From NCBI RefSeq assembly GCF_006345805.1, contig NC_043012.1, positions 29,822,001 to 29,886,000 of the forward strand: a DNA stretch of 64,000 nucleotides, given 5' to 3'. Below the pieces are notes generated by a model that had not been told where the DNA came from, did not search any database, and worked only from the letters and a program-made list of their open reading frames with translations. Positions 38,660 to 52,600 of this stretch are shown in pieces. Source of the DNA: Octopus sinensis. Its lineage: Eukaryota. The first letter of the stretch is position 1; every line of letters begins with the position of its first letter. A program made the translations under genes and the position numbers.

Positions 38660-40040
38660 TGGAGCCACTGTCCGAAACTCCGCCCATTTATTTTATTTCT
38701 TTATCTCTTTCGTCCGTCATCCGGTTTCACACCATCGCCTGCTTCCTGGCTGTCTTTAAAACAGAATCCGACCAGTTGCGAGTATTCGGACCGGGATGAT
38801 AGCTTCCTCTCCCCTCACCCACTAAGACACAGAACAGAAACCCTGGAAAAGATCGAAGCCATTACTCTTCTTCGTCATTGCTTCTTTCTGCACTTCTGTC
38901 TTTCTTTACTTGACATATTGCTCTGCTCTCTCACTTTCTCTCTCCGATGAATTTTTGTGCATCTGATCGCTGTTTACTATAAGCACATAAAGAAAACAAA
39001 ACCATTATCAATCAGATCAGCGAGTTGATTGAATCGTCAGAACGTCAGAAAATGTCTCGTAGCGTTTGTTCTGATTCTGTGTATTCTTAGTTCAAATCCC
39101 GCCAGTGTCCAATTTACCTTTCACTCCTCCAGTGTCGATAAAATAAAGTATTGAGATCGATGCTATCGACTAACTCCTCCCCTCAAAAATTGTTGCCCTT
39201 GTCTCTCGACACGCAACTTGAGCGACCTTTATTTTTAATTCAACAGCTCTACCACATTGAAGGCGACGGACTAGAGAGTCGTTAGCTCGCCGAACCAAAT
39301 GCTCAGCGGCATTTCGTCCGTTTTTAAATTTTGAGTTCAGATGCCGTCAAGGTGAACTTTGCCTTTCATCATTTCCGGAGCGATAAAATAAGCACCAGTT
39401 GAGTACTGGGTCGATGTAATCGGCTTACCTCTCCTCCAAAAACTGCTGGCCTTGTGCCAAAATTAGAAACCAAATATTTTTACCGCCTGTAGCAAAAAAA
39501 AAAAAAAAGGATCACCCGTGACTTTCAGAAACACTTTATCACACTCAAAATTGTCGAAGCGTAGAATAAACTACCCACATCAGTTAACTGTCAGGACACT
39601 GCATCCTTCTAAAATTCATACTTCCTGAAATTCTTCAACACTACTCCAAGCATGCCTATCCACCCTTTCCTCTTTGCGGCCCTTTTAATGTTCTCTTTTC
39701 TGTCCTATTCTCTCCCAGTATAAAGCATGCTGTCTATCTTTACTTGTCTTACGCCAGCCTTTTGTCCCCTGGCAGTTACTTTTAGTTTGTCAGAGTAAGA
39801 TAAACGAGTTGCTGTTATTACGAACCATTTAAAAATACAGAGATGACGTTATGCAAAAAAAGTGCGCGAAATGCAAGCAGCTACAACAAGCCATAACAAA
39901 TCGATAATAAGCTACAGGTCGATAACGAGGCTGAATGTGGTGAAATATGGATTAGTTGTGTCGTCTTGCTGTATCTGGACTTTAATTAAAGGGGCACCTG
40001 TTCTCGCATCGACTCCAGCTGTATCACTTTGTTAGGTAAG
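38660..40040 (+). promoter_or_regulatory. Candidate KLHL12 promoter and 5'UTR exon
   Basis: CpG-retaining region; CRE-like TGACGT and GCGCGAAA near 39845-39871; strong donor AG|GTAAGC after 40035; the first coding exon has its own acceptor at 46748. Confidence 0.4.
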
Positions 40041-41189
40041 CATGCAACATCATTGCACCAGCAACATCTCTCTCTAGCTCTCATCTTACGTCGTTGCCAC
40101 TCTGCATATGTTTTTCTTCCTTCGTAGACATTGCATTTATAAATAAACTGCATACATCTATGTTGCTATGCATTCTTTCGTTGCTTGCATTGTATGTAAT
40201 TAAGATCGCTTCGCTAATTGCAGTTATCTTTTCAGTATATATATATATATAGACAAAAAAAAAAGCAGGAAGGAAAATATTAAATATGAAATAATAATAT
40301 TAATGATTAATAGCAACAGTAACAATAACAAACAATAATAATAATATTAATAATAATAATAATAATTCTTTATTATTCACACCAACGTCATCGTTTGGTT
40401 ACAATAGCAGAGACGGGTTCTGGCGATGTATATACATACATTTATGGTATGTGCGTGCGTGCGTGTGTGTGCGTCGCGTGCGTGCAAGAGAATGATGATT
40501 CAACATTACCCCTCTTTTGGTCGTTACTCGCAGATTCTTGCACGATTCGATCATCATATTGTCAGCTGAAGGATCGCAATGAGCGAGACAGTCTTGAGTT
40601 GCAAACAAGTAAACCACCAGCTTCGTTCAAATACGCTTTATACAACATTTACTGAACACTATTTGCAGTTGGCAATCAAAAAAAATGTTGATGTGTATGC
40701 ATGGGTGTATGTATGCATGTATGCATGCGTGTATGTATGCATGTATGCTATCTTTAGTATGCACATATGTATGCATATATGTGTATGTCTGTTTTGTGTA
40801 TAGACATACGTGCATATATATATATATCTATATGTCAATGCATGTGTCTACATATATGTATATGCATTGTGTTAAAACGTGAATCCCTACACATATTTTT
40901 CACTCTCTGTTTTTTTTTTCGTTCTTTCTCCATTTTCCCCCCCTCTCAACCGTTTCTGTCGAAGAGCGCAGGCTCGAAACGTCAATGACTTTGCCATTCT
41001 TCCCGAACGTCAAACTAATACACCTGCTTCTTCCATCACCCATCTTCGTCTTTTGTTTTTCTATAAATTTGAAATATATATGTATCTGTGTGTATCGTAT
41101 GTATATATACATATATATATGTGTATATATATATTATATATATATATATGCATGCATGCATATGTGTGTGTCTGTGTGTGCATACATGG

Positions 41190-42000
41190 AAACTGCAGCA
41201 TTGGGACCTCCTTCAGTCTTTCCACTGCAAAGGGACCGTCTACTTTTTACTTTGTTAGCTCATCAGGCTTCAGTTGTAGCACTGCTCAAAGAGGACGGTC
41301 TGAGCTTACATCTGTACCCCTACATACTTTGACGTCTAGTTTTTGAGCATCATGTTGTGCCGATGCAGATGTAGCCGAATTCATTCCATCTGGGGAACAC
41401 AAGGTCATCTTGTGAATGCAAAAGTGAGCAAAGAAGCTGTTACCAACGCAAAAAAAACCAAAAAAACTAGGAATTGTTCTCTGTTGCCTGTCTCCTGGTT
41501 ACATGGGGTCCTTTCATATGTTCAAAATCAGTTTTGATGCTATCCTATTTTGCATTCCGATCCCCCATGACCAGCTTGATATCATAACTGGTAACTTCAC
41601 TGTATGAGTCCTGCAGTTGTTCATGAAACACACCCTTGTTAGCAACCCCCCCCCCCTGCATCTTTAATTGGTGAATACTCTTGGATCACTGTTGCTTTTC
41701 AGAATCAAGTCTTTTAATTGAGCTGTTAGAATTCGGTCACTCACAGCTCTCCACCCTATTGGAGCTTTTGCAGCCTTAATGCCAAGTATCAGCCCTGCAT
41801 TGTGAATGCGTTGGTGTTTGTAGCCAGATCACAAAATCATTTTATTCTCACTGCAGATCCTTCTGCTTTCAGTCCCACACATTTCACTTACTCTCAGTAT
41901 ATCCAGTCAATAGAGGTCAAATTCAGCTGGACCAATGTTCCAGATGGCAATATGAGTCTTTTGTTTGATGCTCAGAATCAGTTCTCCATCAGGAGCTGGG
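41190..42000 (-). mobile_element. Decayed LINE apurinic-endonuclease (APE) region, RTE-like
   Basis: Minus-strand remnants IKLVMGDRNAK, HKMTLCSPDG, LDVKVCRGTDVSSD, with stops and frameshifts. Confidence 0.65.
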
Positions 42001-42699
42001 CAACCTTATGGCTTTGCCTTGGTCTTGTTATAACTTGGGGTGAGCCTTTCTCTTCATGCTGGGTGTTCTTGACGATTTTTCTTCTTGTTTCTGAAGCAAT
42101 TGTAGTCCCCTCCTCAGCTGAGGGTTTTCCTCAATGGTTCTGCTGACCACCGTCCTCCTCCTGCCTCTCCATGAAGGAGCTCCATTTTGTTATCAGTGAA
42201 CTGAAACTTAACTGATCATGTGACAAAGTTCAACATCATTTCATTGTACAAACAGATCTGTCAAGTGTGGCTGTGTGGTAAGAAGTTTGCTTCCCAACTA
42301 CATGGTTGTGAGTTCAATGCTACTGCATGGCACCTTCTGCTATAGCCCTGAGCTGACCAGAGCCTTACGAGTGGATTTGGTGAACAGAAACTAAAGAAGC
42401 CTGTTATATGTATGTGTGTGTGTGTGTGTGTCTCCTGACCACTGCTTCACAACCAGTGTTGGTTTGTTTATGTCCCTGTAACTTAGTGGCTCAGCATAAG
42501 ATTAAAAAAAAATAAATACCAAACTTATGAAAAAAATAAGTGCTGGGGTTGATTTGCTTGACTAAAACCCTTCAAGGCTGTGCTCCAGCATGACCACAGT
42601 CCAATGACTGAAATAAGTAAAAGATGAAACAATAAATCTTTCCTTTCTTTGGTATTTTCCATGACACAGGTGTCACTAGTGCATGGAAATATCTAATAA

Positions 42700-42892
42700 A
42701 GGTACATGCTTAATGAGGTACATACTGGATGAGGTATATATTGCATGATGTACATGTTAGTCCATAATTGAGGTACATACTGGATGAGGTACATACTGGA
42801 TGAGGTACATGCTAGTCCATAACTGAAGTACATGTTGGATGAGGTACCATAACTAAGGTACGTGTTGGATGAGTCCATAACTGAGGTACATG
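42700..42892. repeat. Degenerate ~16-bp tandem repeat
   Basis: gaggtacatactggat and variants. Confidence 0.8.
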
Positions 42893-43159
42893 AAAATATG
42901 GATAATAAACCACAGGGTGCAAGTTTTTGCTAAATATGTGAATAGGTAGAGGCATGGCTGTGTGGTTAAAAAGTTTACTTGTCAAGTACAGAGTTCAAGG
43001 TTCCGTCCCACTGCATGGTACCTTAGACAAGTTTCTTCTACTACAACTCTGAGCTGACCAAAGGATGATAGATGGAAACAGAAAGAGGCCTGTCATGTAT
43101 ACATGCATATACACACACACATGCAATAGGTGAAAAGACATTAGCATAAATATAGTGTG

Positions 43160-43890
43160 TCATCATCATCATCATCATCGTTTAACGTCCGCTTTCCATG
43201 CTCACATGGGTGCGAACCAGATGGCTGCACCAGGCTCCAATCTGATCTGGCAGAGTTCCTACAGCTGGATGCCCTTCCTAACACCAGCCACTCCGAGAGT
43301 GTAGTGGGTGCTTTTACGTGCCACCTGCACAGGAGCCAGTCCAGCAGAACTGGTGACAACCTTGCTCGAATGTTTTTCACGTGCCAGAAAGGTGACGCTG
43401 GTAATGATCACGCTTGAATGCTGCTTTTTACGTGCCACTGGCACGGAAGCCAGTTAGCTGCTCTGGCAATGATCACGCTCAGATATTGCTCTTAGCGCTC
43501 CACGAGCATGGATGCCAGTCATCAGATTTGATTTCGATTTCACTTGCCTCAACAGGTCTTCGCAAGCAGAGTTTAGTGTCCAATGAAGGAAAGGTATGCA
43601 TAAGTGGGCTGGTTACACCCCTGGCATAGGCCACAAGGTTATGGTCTCACTTGGCTTGCCAGGTCTTCTCACGCACAGCATATTTCCAAAGGTCTCAGTC
43701 ACAAGTCATTGCCTCGTTGAGGCCTAATGTTCGATGGTCGTGCTTCACCACTTTATCCCAGGTCATCCTGGGTCTACCTCTTCCACAGGTTCCCTCAACC
43801 GCTAGGGTGTGGCACTTTTTCACACAGCTATCCTCATTCATTCTCGCCACATGACCATACTAGCGCAGTCGTCTCTCTTGCACACCACAC
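43160..43890 (-). mobile_element. RTE LINE 3' fragment (ORF end, 3'UTR, tail)
   Basis: Reverse complement matches 51700-51938 ([15 protein letters not shown]) and the 3' tail ending in (GAT)n. Confidence 0.9.
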
Positions 43891-45863
43891 GCATATATGT
43901 GTGTGTGTGTCGCCAGCTGTTTTCAATCTCCATGTGCATTACTGGTGGGAAAGGCATGAATGCCACACTTCACAGTCCAATAGCTCACTTATTAACTGAA
44001 ATACATATCACAAAATATAAACAGTCTTTGCACAAAAGACAGTCCTCTACAAAAGTTGCAACACATGAGCAGTGTTGTTTTTGTTTTTGTCACTTCTGTC
44101 GACAAATCAGCCTTCAAAAATGTGTGGAATAAGAGATCCTTGAAAACCCACCTAGAGTTAGCAATGCAAAGGGCACCTAGCAGTAAAACAGTGCCTCAAT
44201 AATATAGTCATCTAACCCATGCTACCATGAGAAAATGAACGTAAATGCAAAGGGGACATTTGGTGAAAGGGGCCACTGGATTAGTAAAGAGTTCAGAACC
44301 AGGGGAGCACACAATCGATTGTTGTATTATTGGTATTGTCCCTTCATATTTACGGTGTTGGTTTTTGTTATTCAGCTTCAAATCAAAGACATTCCAGCTG
44401 TGACCATCCTGTTTTCACTTAAAAATATTGTGTTTAGGATTGCATTTCCATCCAGTGTGTACTTCCTTTCTTTTCAGATGTCAGAGGGTTGATTTGAAGG
44501 AGATTTGATTACTACTTCTAGCAGGTTTAGTGGCCTCTGTGTATATAGTCTTATACTTGTTTCAGTCAATGGACTGAAATGAGGCCCTACTGGAGCGCTT
44601 CCTTGCAGGGTTTAATTCATTAAATTGACCCTGGTACTTATTTTAAGGTTGGTACTTATTCTGTTGGCCCCTATTTTGTATTTACTGTTAAGGGATGTAA
44701 AGAAACGAACACTGGTTGTCATGTTGTGGTGGTGGGGACAAACATTAACTTATGTAACTTTGTATGTACATCCATGCCTCCATCCATCCATGCATGAATG
44801 GATGATGGCTGCAAATTGATTCGAAGCAATGCCATTGTTTGATTGTTTTCTCAAAGCATCATGGATCTGGCTTTTCAGTCATGCCACAAACCAACCCTCT
44901 TTTGCACAGATCTGGCAATGATGGGCACCTCTTGCAGTAGCTGTTCAGAGAGTTGACACTTGGCTTTATTCCATCATGGAATTTTTCATTGCCTTTTTCG
45001 CTTATGGCCAGCCGTAGTATAGAGATGTCAAGTGACACCTACAGCTGACACATTTTAAGGTGAAGATAGGCTTTGCACTGGGTCAGTTCCACTCACATTC
45101 ACCCAAAAAGAAGAAATAGTCTACATCATTGGATGCAAATGAAGTCACAGGTGTTTTATTAGTTTTCCTTCTCCAAGAAAAAAAAATGTCTAAACAAAAA
45201 CTAGTGGTTTCTCACTCCCAGCTTTTGGACGACTGTTAATGAGTTCGTCTCCAACTTTTAACAAGTTTCGTTTTTCTGTTTTTTAGTCACGGATGGCCCG
45301 ACCATGCAACAGGTTGTGCTGAGTTACTTGTTACCAAAGACAGCAAAAGTGACGGCACATGATGCACATATACATACTTCCATGCATGCATGCATACTTA
45401 TGTATTTATATATATATATGTATATACTAGACTACCTGTGACCCCAAAATCTGAGTTTCCCAGCAACAGAGTTTTGTTTCATGGGTTTTATTTTTCCTTT
45501 TCCAGCTTATTTTGCATATTTTCAATGAATGTGACATCAAAATCACGTGTAAACGGCTCCTTTCCCTGGAAAAGGAAAGATTTGGCTGCTATTTCTTGCA
45601 CGCCCTGCTGTCATTTAACAGGTATTTCGGATCCTTTATTGCAAATAGCTGCTACATGGTAGCAGGGTGTGCTAGAAATAGCAACCAAATCTTTGGATGT
45701 GAGATACGTTGAATGCATTTGAAAAAAACCTATTGAAAAAACTATTTCACTCTGAGGTCACTAATGGGTCTTTTATGAAATATTTACTGTATTTTTAAAG
45801 TCTTTTTCACTTTAGAATATTTTTTAAATATCCACCCACCAAATTTTTGTAATGGTATTGACT

Positions 45864-46095
45864 AAGGTGGCGAGCTGGCAGAAACGTTAGCACGCCGGGC
45901 GAAATGCTTAGCGGTATTTCGTCTGCGTTACGTTGTGAATTCAAATTCCGCCGAGGTCGACTTTGCCTTTCATCCTTTCGGGGTCGATAAATTAAGTACC
46001 AGTTACGCACTGGGGTCGATGTAATCGACTTAATACCTATGTCTGTCCTTGTTTGTCTCCTCTGTGTTTAGCCCCTTGTGGGTAATAAAGAAATA
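45864..46095 (+). mobile_element. Young tRNA-derived SINE with 10-bp TSD GGTATTGACT
   Basis: A/B-box-like head (gagctggcagaaacg..ttcaaattcc), central gcctttcatcctttcggggtcgataaattaagtaccag resembling the Deu/Nin SINE domain; TSD at 45854-45863 and 46096-46105. Confidence 0.88.
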
Positions 46096-46823
46096 GGTAT
46101 TGACTTGAAAATAATTTTAAAAAACATAAAAATATTGTCCGTTTAAAGAAAGCTAAAATATAAATACTTACTGTACAGACAATGTGATTTTTGAAATCAC
46201 ATTCACTTAAAAATATTTCTAAATGATTAGAATATTGTGTTTAACAAAAGCGAAAATAGAAACATTTACTGTAAAAAAAAAATCGTATTTTTTCCTTGTC
46301 AACTTACTGTGTTTAGACAGAAATGTTATTGTTTCTTCCCTTTCAGAATGAAGATTATTTACGGAACATTTCCCCATTAAGCACCGTTTGGGGTATTTAT
46401 ACTTCATAAACTCTAATATCTCAAAAACCACTTTACTGATTTACATGAAGCTTGTTTCATCCTGTTCATATTAACATTTCAGGGTAAACTTAATTCATAG
46501 TATTTTCCCATTATGCATCAGTTACACTAAGTAACATTGCAAGCAAGCAAGATTTAATCTGACTTTTAATAATATATAGATATATATATATGTATATGTA
46601 TACACGGGTGCATATATTTACATACATGCATACATAAACACATATAATCAACAGATTCTCAATAAATCCCAACTTTTTTTGCTCCTGATTCTTTAATCAT
46701 TGGGGTTTTTTTTATTTATTTCTTTTCTTCTCTCCTGCTTTTTTGTAGGTTTACTCTTCATCCACAGCTCTTTGATGAACTGAGTACCAAGCGCTGCTCC
46801 AGCAGTTTCTGCTTTCTCGCACC

Positions 46824-47024
46824 ATGGCTTATCTTGAAGAGGAGCAGGCCAGCGAGGTGTTTACAAACTGCCATGCTAAATCTCTGCTGACCACAATGAA
46901 TTTACTGCGTAAAACAAGGGTCCTGTGTGATGTCACTTTACATGTGGGTGGAATGGACTTCCCAGTCCACAGGATAGTGTTGGCAGCTTGCAGTGATTAC
47001 TTCTGTGCCATGTTCACCAATGAG
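46824..47024 (+). CDS. KLHL12: KLHL12 coding exon 1 (acceptor at 46748, so an upstream UTR exon is likely)
   Basis: [22 protein letters not shown]...[14 protein letters not shown] donor. Confidence 0.92.
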
Positions 47025-48377
47025 GTGAGAACTCTTTCAGTCTCTGCTGTCAGCTTTGTGAGTTAGCTGCAGCTCAGAACTGATGTTTTCATTTTCTCAT
47101 CCCTTTAGTTACCATATTCATAATGATATTCGTTCACAGTGATTGATTAAAAAGTTTAACTCCCAGCTATGTGGTTTTGAGTTCAATCCCACTGAGTGGA
47201 ACATTGGGCAAGTGACCTTTACTACAGTCCCAGGATGACCAAAGTCATCTGGTAGAAACTGAAACTGATGGTCGTAAATGAGTGTCACTGTCATGTAAGC
47301 AGTGTCGTTCATTTTTGATCTCTTGTGGAAAGATGTATCCTGTTGTAGGAGTAAAATATTGCCTTGCTTGGAAGATGGTGAGGTTTGATGACAGGAAAGG
47401 CATCTGGTTGTAGAAAATCTGCCTCAGTGAATTCTGTCTGATCCATGAAAGCATGGAAAAGTGGATATTAAACAGATGAGAGGTTGATGTTTTCTATTAA
47501 TTAAACAAAATTACAAATAAATGTTTAACATGAGATGATGTGGTGATGGATTTCCAATGTTTGATGACGAAGATTCAGTTGCTTGATCAGCTGAATTATC
47601 TGCCCCTGAATTAACATGTGTTCCACAGACACAACAGAATAGTACTGACTGTTGTTTAACCTTTTGATACTCTCTTGCCAGATATTGATCCTGGTTCTGG
47701 GACACAAACTTTCTATTTTAAAACTGATCTTGAAACCTTCCATCAAATTTACATTTGATTTCAGTTGATTTATATTCCAAACACCAGTTTAACAATGAAA
47801 CAAAACCATTTTATTAAATTCTTTATTATCTCCAAAAATAATTGAATCAAAAGCTGTGTGTTTCAACAGAAATATGGTAACGAAAGGGTTAATATTTCTA
47901 ACTTAAATGTGTTGTTTAATATTTACTTATTTAACTTTGTTGATTGTTATTTAAGATGTCTGAAAAAAGCGAATCAAAGATCCACATTCAAGGGGTTTCA
48001 GCAACTGTCATGCAAGCCCTGCTGGATTTCATCTATACCGAAACCGTCTGTGTTAATATAAGCAATGTCCAAGAATTGTTACCTGCTGCCTGCTTACTCC
48101 AGCTCACAGGTAAGAGATGACAACAGCTTTATAAAAGTCTCCTTTTCCAATTTACTTTCACTGCATTTTTCAATTATTATCACAGTTTTTAATTTATGCA
48201 TTTTTGGAGCAGAGGAGTTGAGATTTTTAAGCAAATAAACGGTGCATGTTTGTTGGATAGATTCAGTGTGTTGATGGTGACTATACTGTATAGATACTGA
48301 CTGAATAGATAGATACTGCGTGTAGATGGTGACTGGTTAGATATATAATACACACAGCATGTAGATGTTGATGATAA

Positions 48378-48417
<40 letters not shown>

Positions 48418-48957
48418 TTTTTGAAGTGATGTACAGATACAGTATATTTGGAAATTTTTTATTATTTATTTACACCTTATTTACTTTTTTAGTGCTTTCT
48501 TCTGTTATCAGATTTATTAAAAAATGGTTCAAATTTAGATTTCTTGGGTTTTTTTATAAAGAATTTTCTAGGGTTTGCCAAGCAAGGCAGAAAAAAAGAA
48601 GAAAAAAAATTTTGTTTTTGAGAAGCAGGGGAAGGTAGAGGCATGGCTTTTGTATGGTCAGACTTGTTTGTTCAGTACTTAATAGCCTTTTAAGGTGGAG
48701 AGGAAAAAGAATTTTTGTATTGTCAAGGTTTTAATTGAAAAACCAAATGTTGTTTTTGTCAAAAAAATTTTTTTTCTTCTTTCTTCTCCCTTGCTTGGCA
48801 AACTCCAGAAAATTCTTTATAAAAAGGCCAAGAAATCTAAATTTGAACCATTTTAAAATAAATCTTATAACAGAAGAAAGTGCTAAAAATGTAAATAACA
48901 TGTAAATAAATAAATTTTTAAAATATATAATCATCCAACATTCTGACTACCTTATTA

Positions 48958-49010
<53 letters not shown>

Positions 49011-49629
49011 CACACTGTATGTAGATGTTGATGATATATATATATATGTGTGTGTGTGTGTATATAAGTAGCACTCCATTGGTTATGATGACGAGGGTCC
49101 CAGCTGATACGATCAACATCAATGGAACAGCTTGCTTGTGAAATTAACGTGCAGGTGGCTGAGCATTCCACAGACACTTATACCCATATCGTAGTTCTCA
49201 GGAAGATTCAGCATGACACAGAGTGTGACAAGGCTGGCCCCTTTGGAATTACAGGTACTACTCATTTTTGCCAGCTGTGTGGACTGGAGCAATGTGAAAT
49301 AAAGTGTCTTGCTCAAGGACACAATGCGTCATCTGGAATTGAACTCTTGACCTTACGATTGTGTGCCGAATGCCCTAACCACTAACCCACACATCTTCAT
49401 TTATATATATATCAGTATCGCCTGAATGGCCCTTGTGCCAGTGGCATGTAAAAAGCACCTACAACACTCTTGGAGTGGTTGGTGTTAGGAAGGGCATCCA
49501 GCTGTAGAAACTGTGCCAGATCAGATTGGAGCCTGGTGCAGCCATCTGGCTCGCCAATCCTCAGTCAAACCGTCCAACCCATACCAGCATGGAAAGCAGA
49601 CATTAAACAATGATGATGATGATGATATA

Positions 49630-49676
<47 letters not shown>

Positions 49677-52600
49677 GAGAAGAAGGATTGGAAGCTTAAG
49701 GATCCTGTGAATGGACAGAGATTTAGAGACATGTTACTTGAAGCCTTTGACGAAGTAGAAGGGGATAGTGTATCACATGGGGTAGAGGACAACTGGACGT
49801 TTCTAAGGGACAACCTGCTGAGAGCCACTGACCAGATCTGTGGCTGGTGCAAAGTCCCCTCTCGTCCCAAGGTAACGTGGTGGTGGAACAGTGTCGTAGA
49901 CAGGGCTATTAGAGAAAAGAGACAGACTTGGAAGCACTGGAAAAATGGTGGTAGCAGGGAATTGTATCAGACTGCTAAAAGGGAAGCTAGGAGACAGGTC
50001 TATCTAGCCAGAGGGGAAGCAGATAAGAAAAAAATTGCCAATGTTCTGCGCCGTGAGGACCAAAGACTGGAGGTGTTTCGCGGTGCAAGACAGTGTGTGA
50101 GAGAGAATTGTGATGTGGTGGGAGAGAAGTGTGTTCGCATGGAAGGTGGTTCACTTGCGCTAAACGAGGATGCAAAGAGAGAGGCTTGGAGATGCCACTA
50201 TGAAAGGTTGCTGAATAAAGAAAATGAATGGGATAAAGAGATTCTGCCGAATGTCGACCCAACAGAGGGACCAGCTATCCGAGTTGATAGTTCCTTAGTA
50301 GCTAAGGCAATTAGAAGCATGAAGACAGGGAAAGCCCCAGGCCCATCAGGTATCACTGCAGAGATGCTCAAAATATCTGGTAGTGTCGGCTATAGCCTAG
50401 TCACCTGTATAGTTAATCAGGTGATACATGAAGGAGTCATACCCAATGACTGGTGTAGCAGCATAATAGTCAACTGCTACAAAGGTAAAGGTGATGCCCT
50501 AGATACAAATAATTACAGAGGTATCAAGCTGTTGGATCAGATGATGAAGGTTACAGAGAGGGTCATAAGCCAACTAATTAGAGAGAGAGTTAGTTTAGAT
50601 GAGATGCAGTTTGGTTTCATGCCAGGGAAAAGTACCACTGATGCTATATTCCTGGTAAGGCAGCTGCAGGAGAAATACCCAGCCAAAGATAAGGCCCTGT
50701 ACCTGGCTTTTGTTGACATGGAGAAAGCCTTCGACAGGGTCCCCCGATCCCTCATATGGTGGTCAATGAGGAAACTAGGAATAGAAGAATGGTTGGTGAG
50801 AGCTGTGCAAGCCATGTACAGGGACGCTGCTAGTAAGGTGAGGGTTGGAAATGAGTACAGTGAAGAATTCCGGGTAGAGGTAGGGGTCCACCAAGGCTCA
50901 GTCCTCAGCCCCCTCCTATTTATCATAGTCCTCCAGGCAATAACGGAGGAATTCAAGACAGGATGCCCCTGGGAGCTCCTCTATGCTGATGACCTTGCTC
51001 TAATTGCTGAGTCATTATCAGAACTGGAGAAGAAGTTTCAGGTGTGGAAGCATGGTTTAGAATCGAAGGGCCTTAGAGTCAACCTAGCTAAAACCAAAGT
51101 CGTAATAAGTAGGAAGGTAGACAAATCACAAACGCCTTCAGGTAGATGGCCCTGCTCGATCTGTAGAAAAGGTGTAGGTAGAAACTCTATAAGATGCACC
51201 AAGTGCAAGCTATGGACACATAAGAGGTGCAGCAATGTCATAGGAAGGCTAACTAGGAAGATGGTTTTTGTATGTGGCAGATGCTCGGGAGCATTAACCT
51301 CTGAAAATCTGCAGAAAACAACTTCCGTCACTTTCCAGGGGGAAAAACTAGAAGTAGTTGATAGCTTCCGTTATCTTGGTGACCAAGTCAGTAGTGGGGG
51401 TGGGTGTGCTGAAAGTGTAACGGCTAGAGTAAGAATAGCCTGGGCAAAGTTTAGGGAGCTCTTACCTCTGTTGGTGACTAAAGGCCTCTCGCTCAGAGTA
51501 AAAGGCAGACTGTATGATGCATGTGTACGAACAGCCATGCTACATGGCAGTGAAACATGGGCCGTGACTGCTGAGGACATGCGTAAGCTCGCGAGAAATG
51601 AAGCTAGTATGCTCCGTTGGATGTGTAATGTCAGTGTTCATAGTCGACAGAGTGTAAGTACCTTGAGAGAAAAGTTGGACCTAAGAGGAATCAGATGTTG
51701 TGTGCAAGAGAGACGATTGCGCTGGTATGGTCATGTGGTGAGAATGGATGAAGATAGGTGTGTGAAAAAGTGCCACACCCTGGCAGTTGAGGGGACCTGT
51801 GGAAGAGGTAGACCCAGGAAAACCTGGGTCGAGGTGGTGAAGCACGACCTTCGAACTCTAGGTCTCACCAAGGAAATGACCAGAGACCGAGACCTATGGA
51901 AGTATGCTGTGCGTGAGAAGACCCGGCAAGACCAGTGAGAACAATCAAAATCAAATCATATATCAGAAAGCAGGGGTTAAGTGACCCATCTGTTCGTGTC
52001 CGCTGTCAGCCTCGTCTGGCACCCGTGCCGGTGATACGTAAAAGCACCATTCGCTCATGGCCGTTTGCCAGCTCTGCCTGGCCCCGTGTCGGTGGCACGT
52101 AAAAGCACCATCCGTTCGTGTTCGTTGTCAGCCTCGCCTGGCCCCGTGCCGGTGACACGTAAAAGCACCGTCCGTTCGTGGCCGTTGGCCAGCTCTGTCT
52201 GGCCCCGTGTCGGTGGCACGTAAAAGCACCATCCGTTCGTGGCCGTTTGCCAGCTCTGTCTGGCCCCGTGTCGGTGGCACGTAAAAGCACCATCCGTCCG
52301 TGTCCGTTGCCAGCCTCGGCTGGCCCCCGTGCCGGTGACACGTAAAAGCACCGTCCGCTCGTGGCCGTTTGCCAGCTCTGTCTGGCAACCGTGTCGGTGG
52401 CACGTAAAAGCATCATCCGTTCGCGTCCGTTGCCAGCCTCGGCTGGCCCCCGTGCCGGTGACACGTAAAAGCACCGTCCGTTCGTGGCCGGTTGCCAGCT
52501 CTGTCTGGCCCCGTGTCGGTGGCACGTAAAAGCACCATCCGTTCGTGTCCGTTGCCAGCATCGCCTGGCCCCGTGCCGGTGACACGTAAAAGCACCATCC

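Noticed and set aside
41200-41270. CTGATGA on the minus strand as another hammerhead
   Set aside because: No correctly placed GAAA or stem III; it lies within a decayed endonuclease-coding region.
40395-41346. Cluster of overlapping 60-155-aa ORFs, and similar ORFs elsewhere rich in YI, CV, HT or LS repeats
   Set aside because: Translations of (TA)n, (TG)n, (CA)n and (TC)n microsatellites.
49629-49670. N-terminus of the 769-aa ORF as a functional start of an autonomous LINE
   Set aside because: It is (TG)n(TA)n microsatellite read-through; the element is 5'-truncated and lacks the endonuclease.
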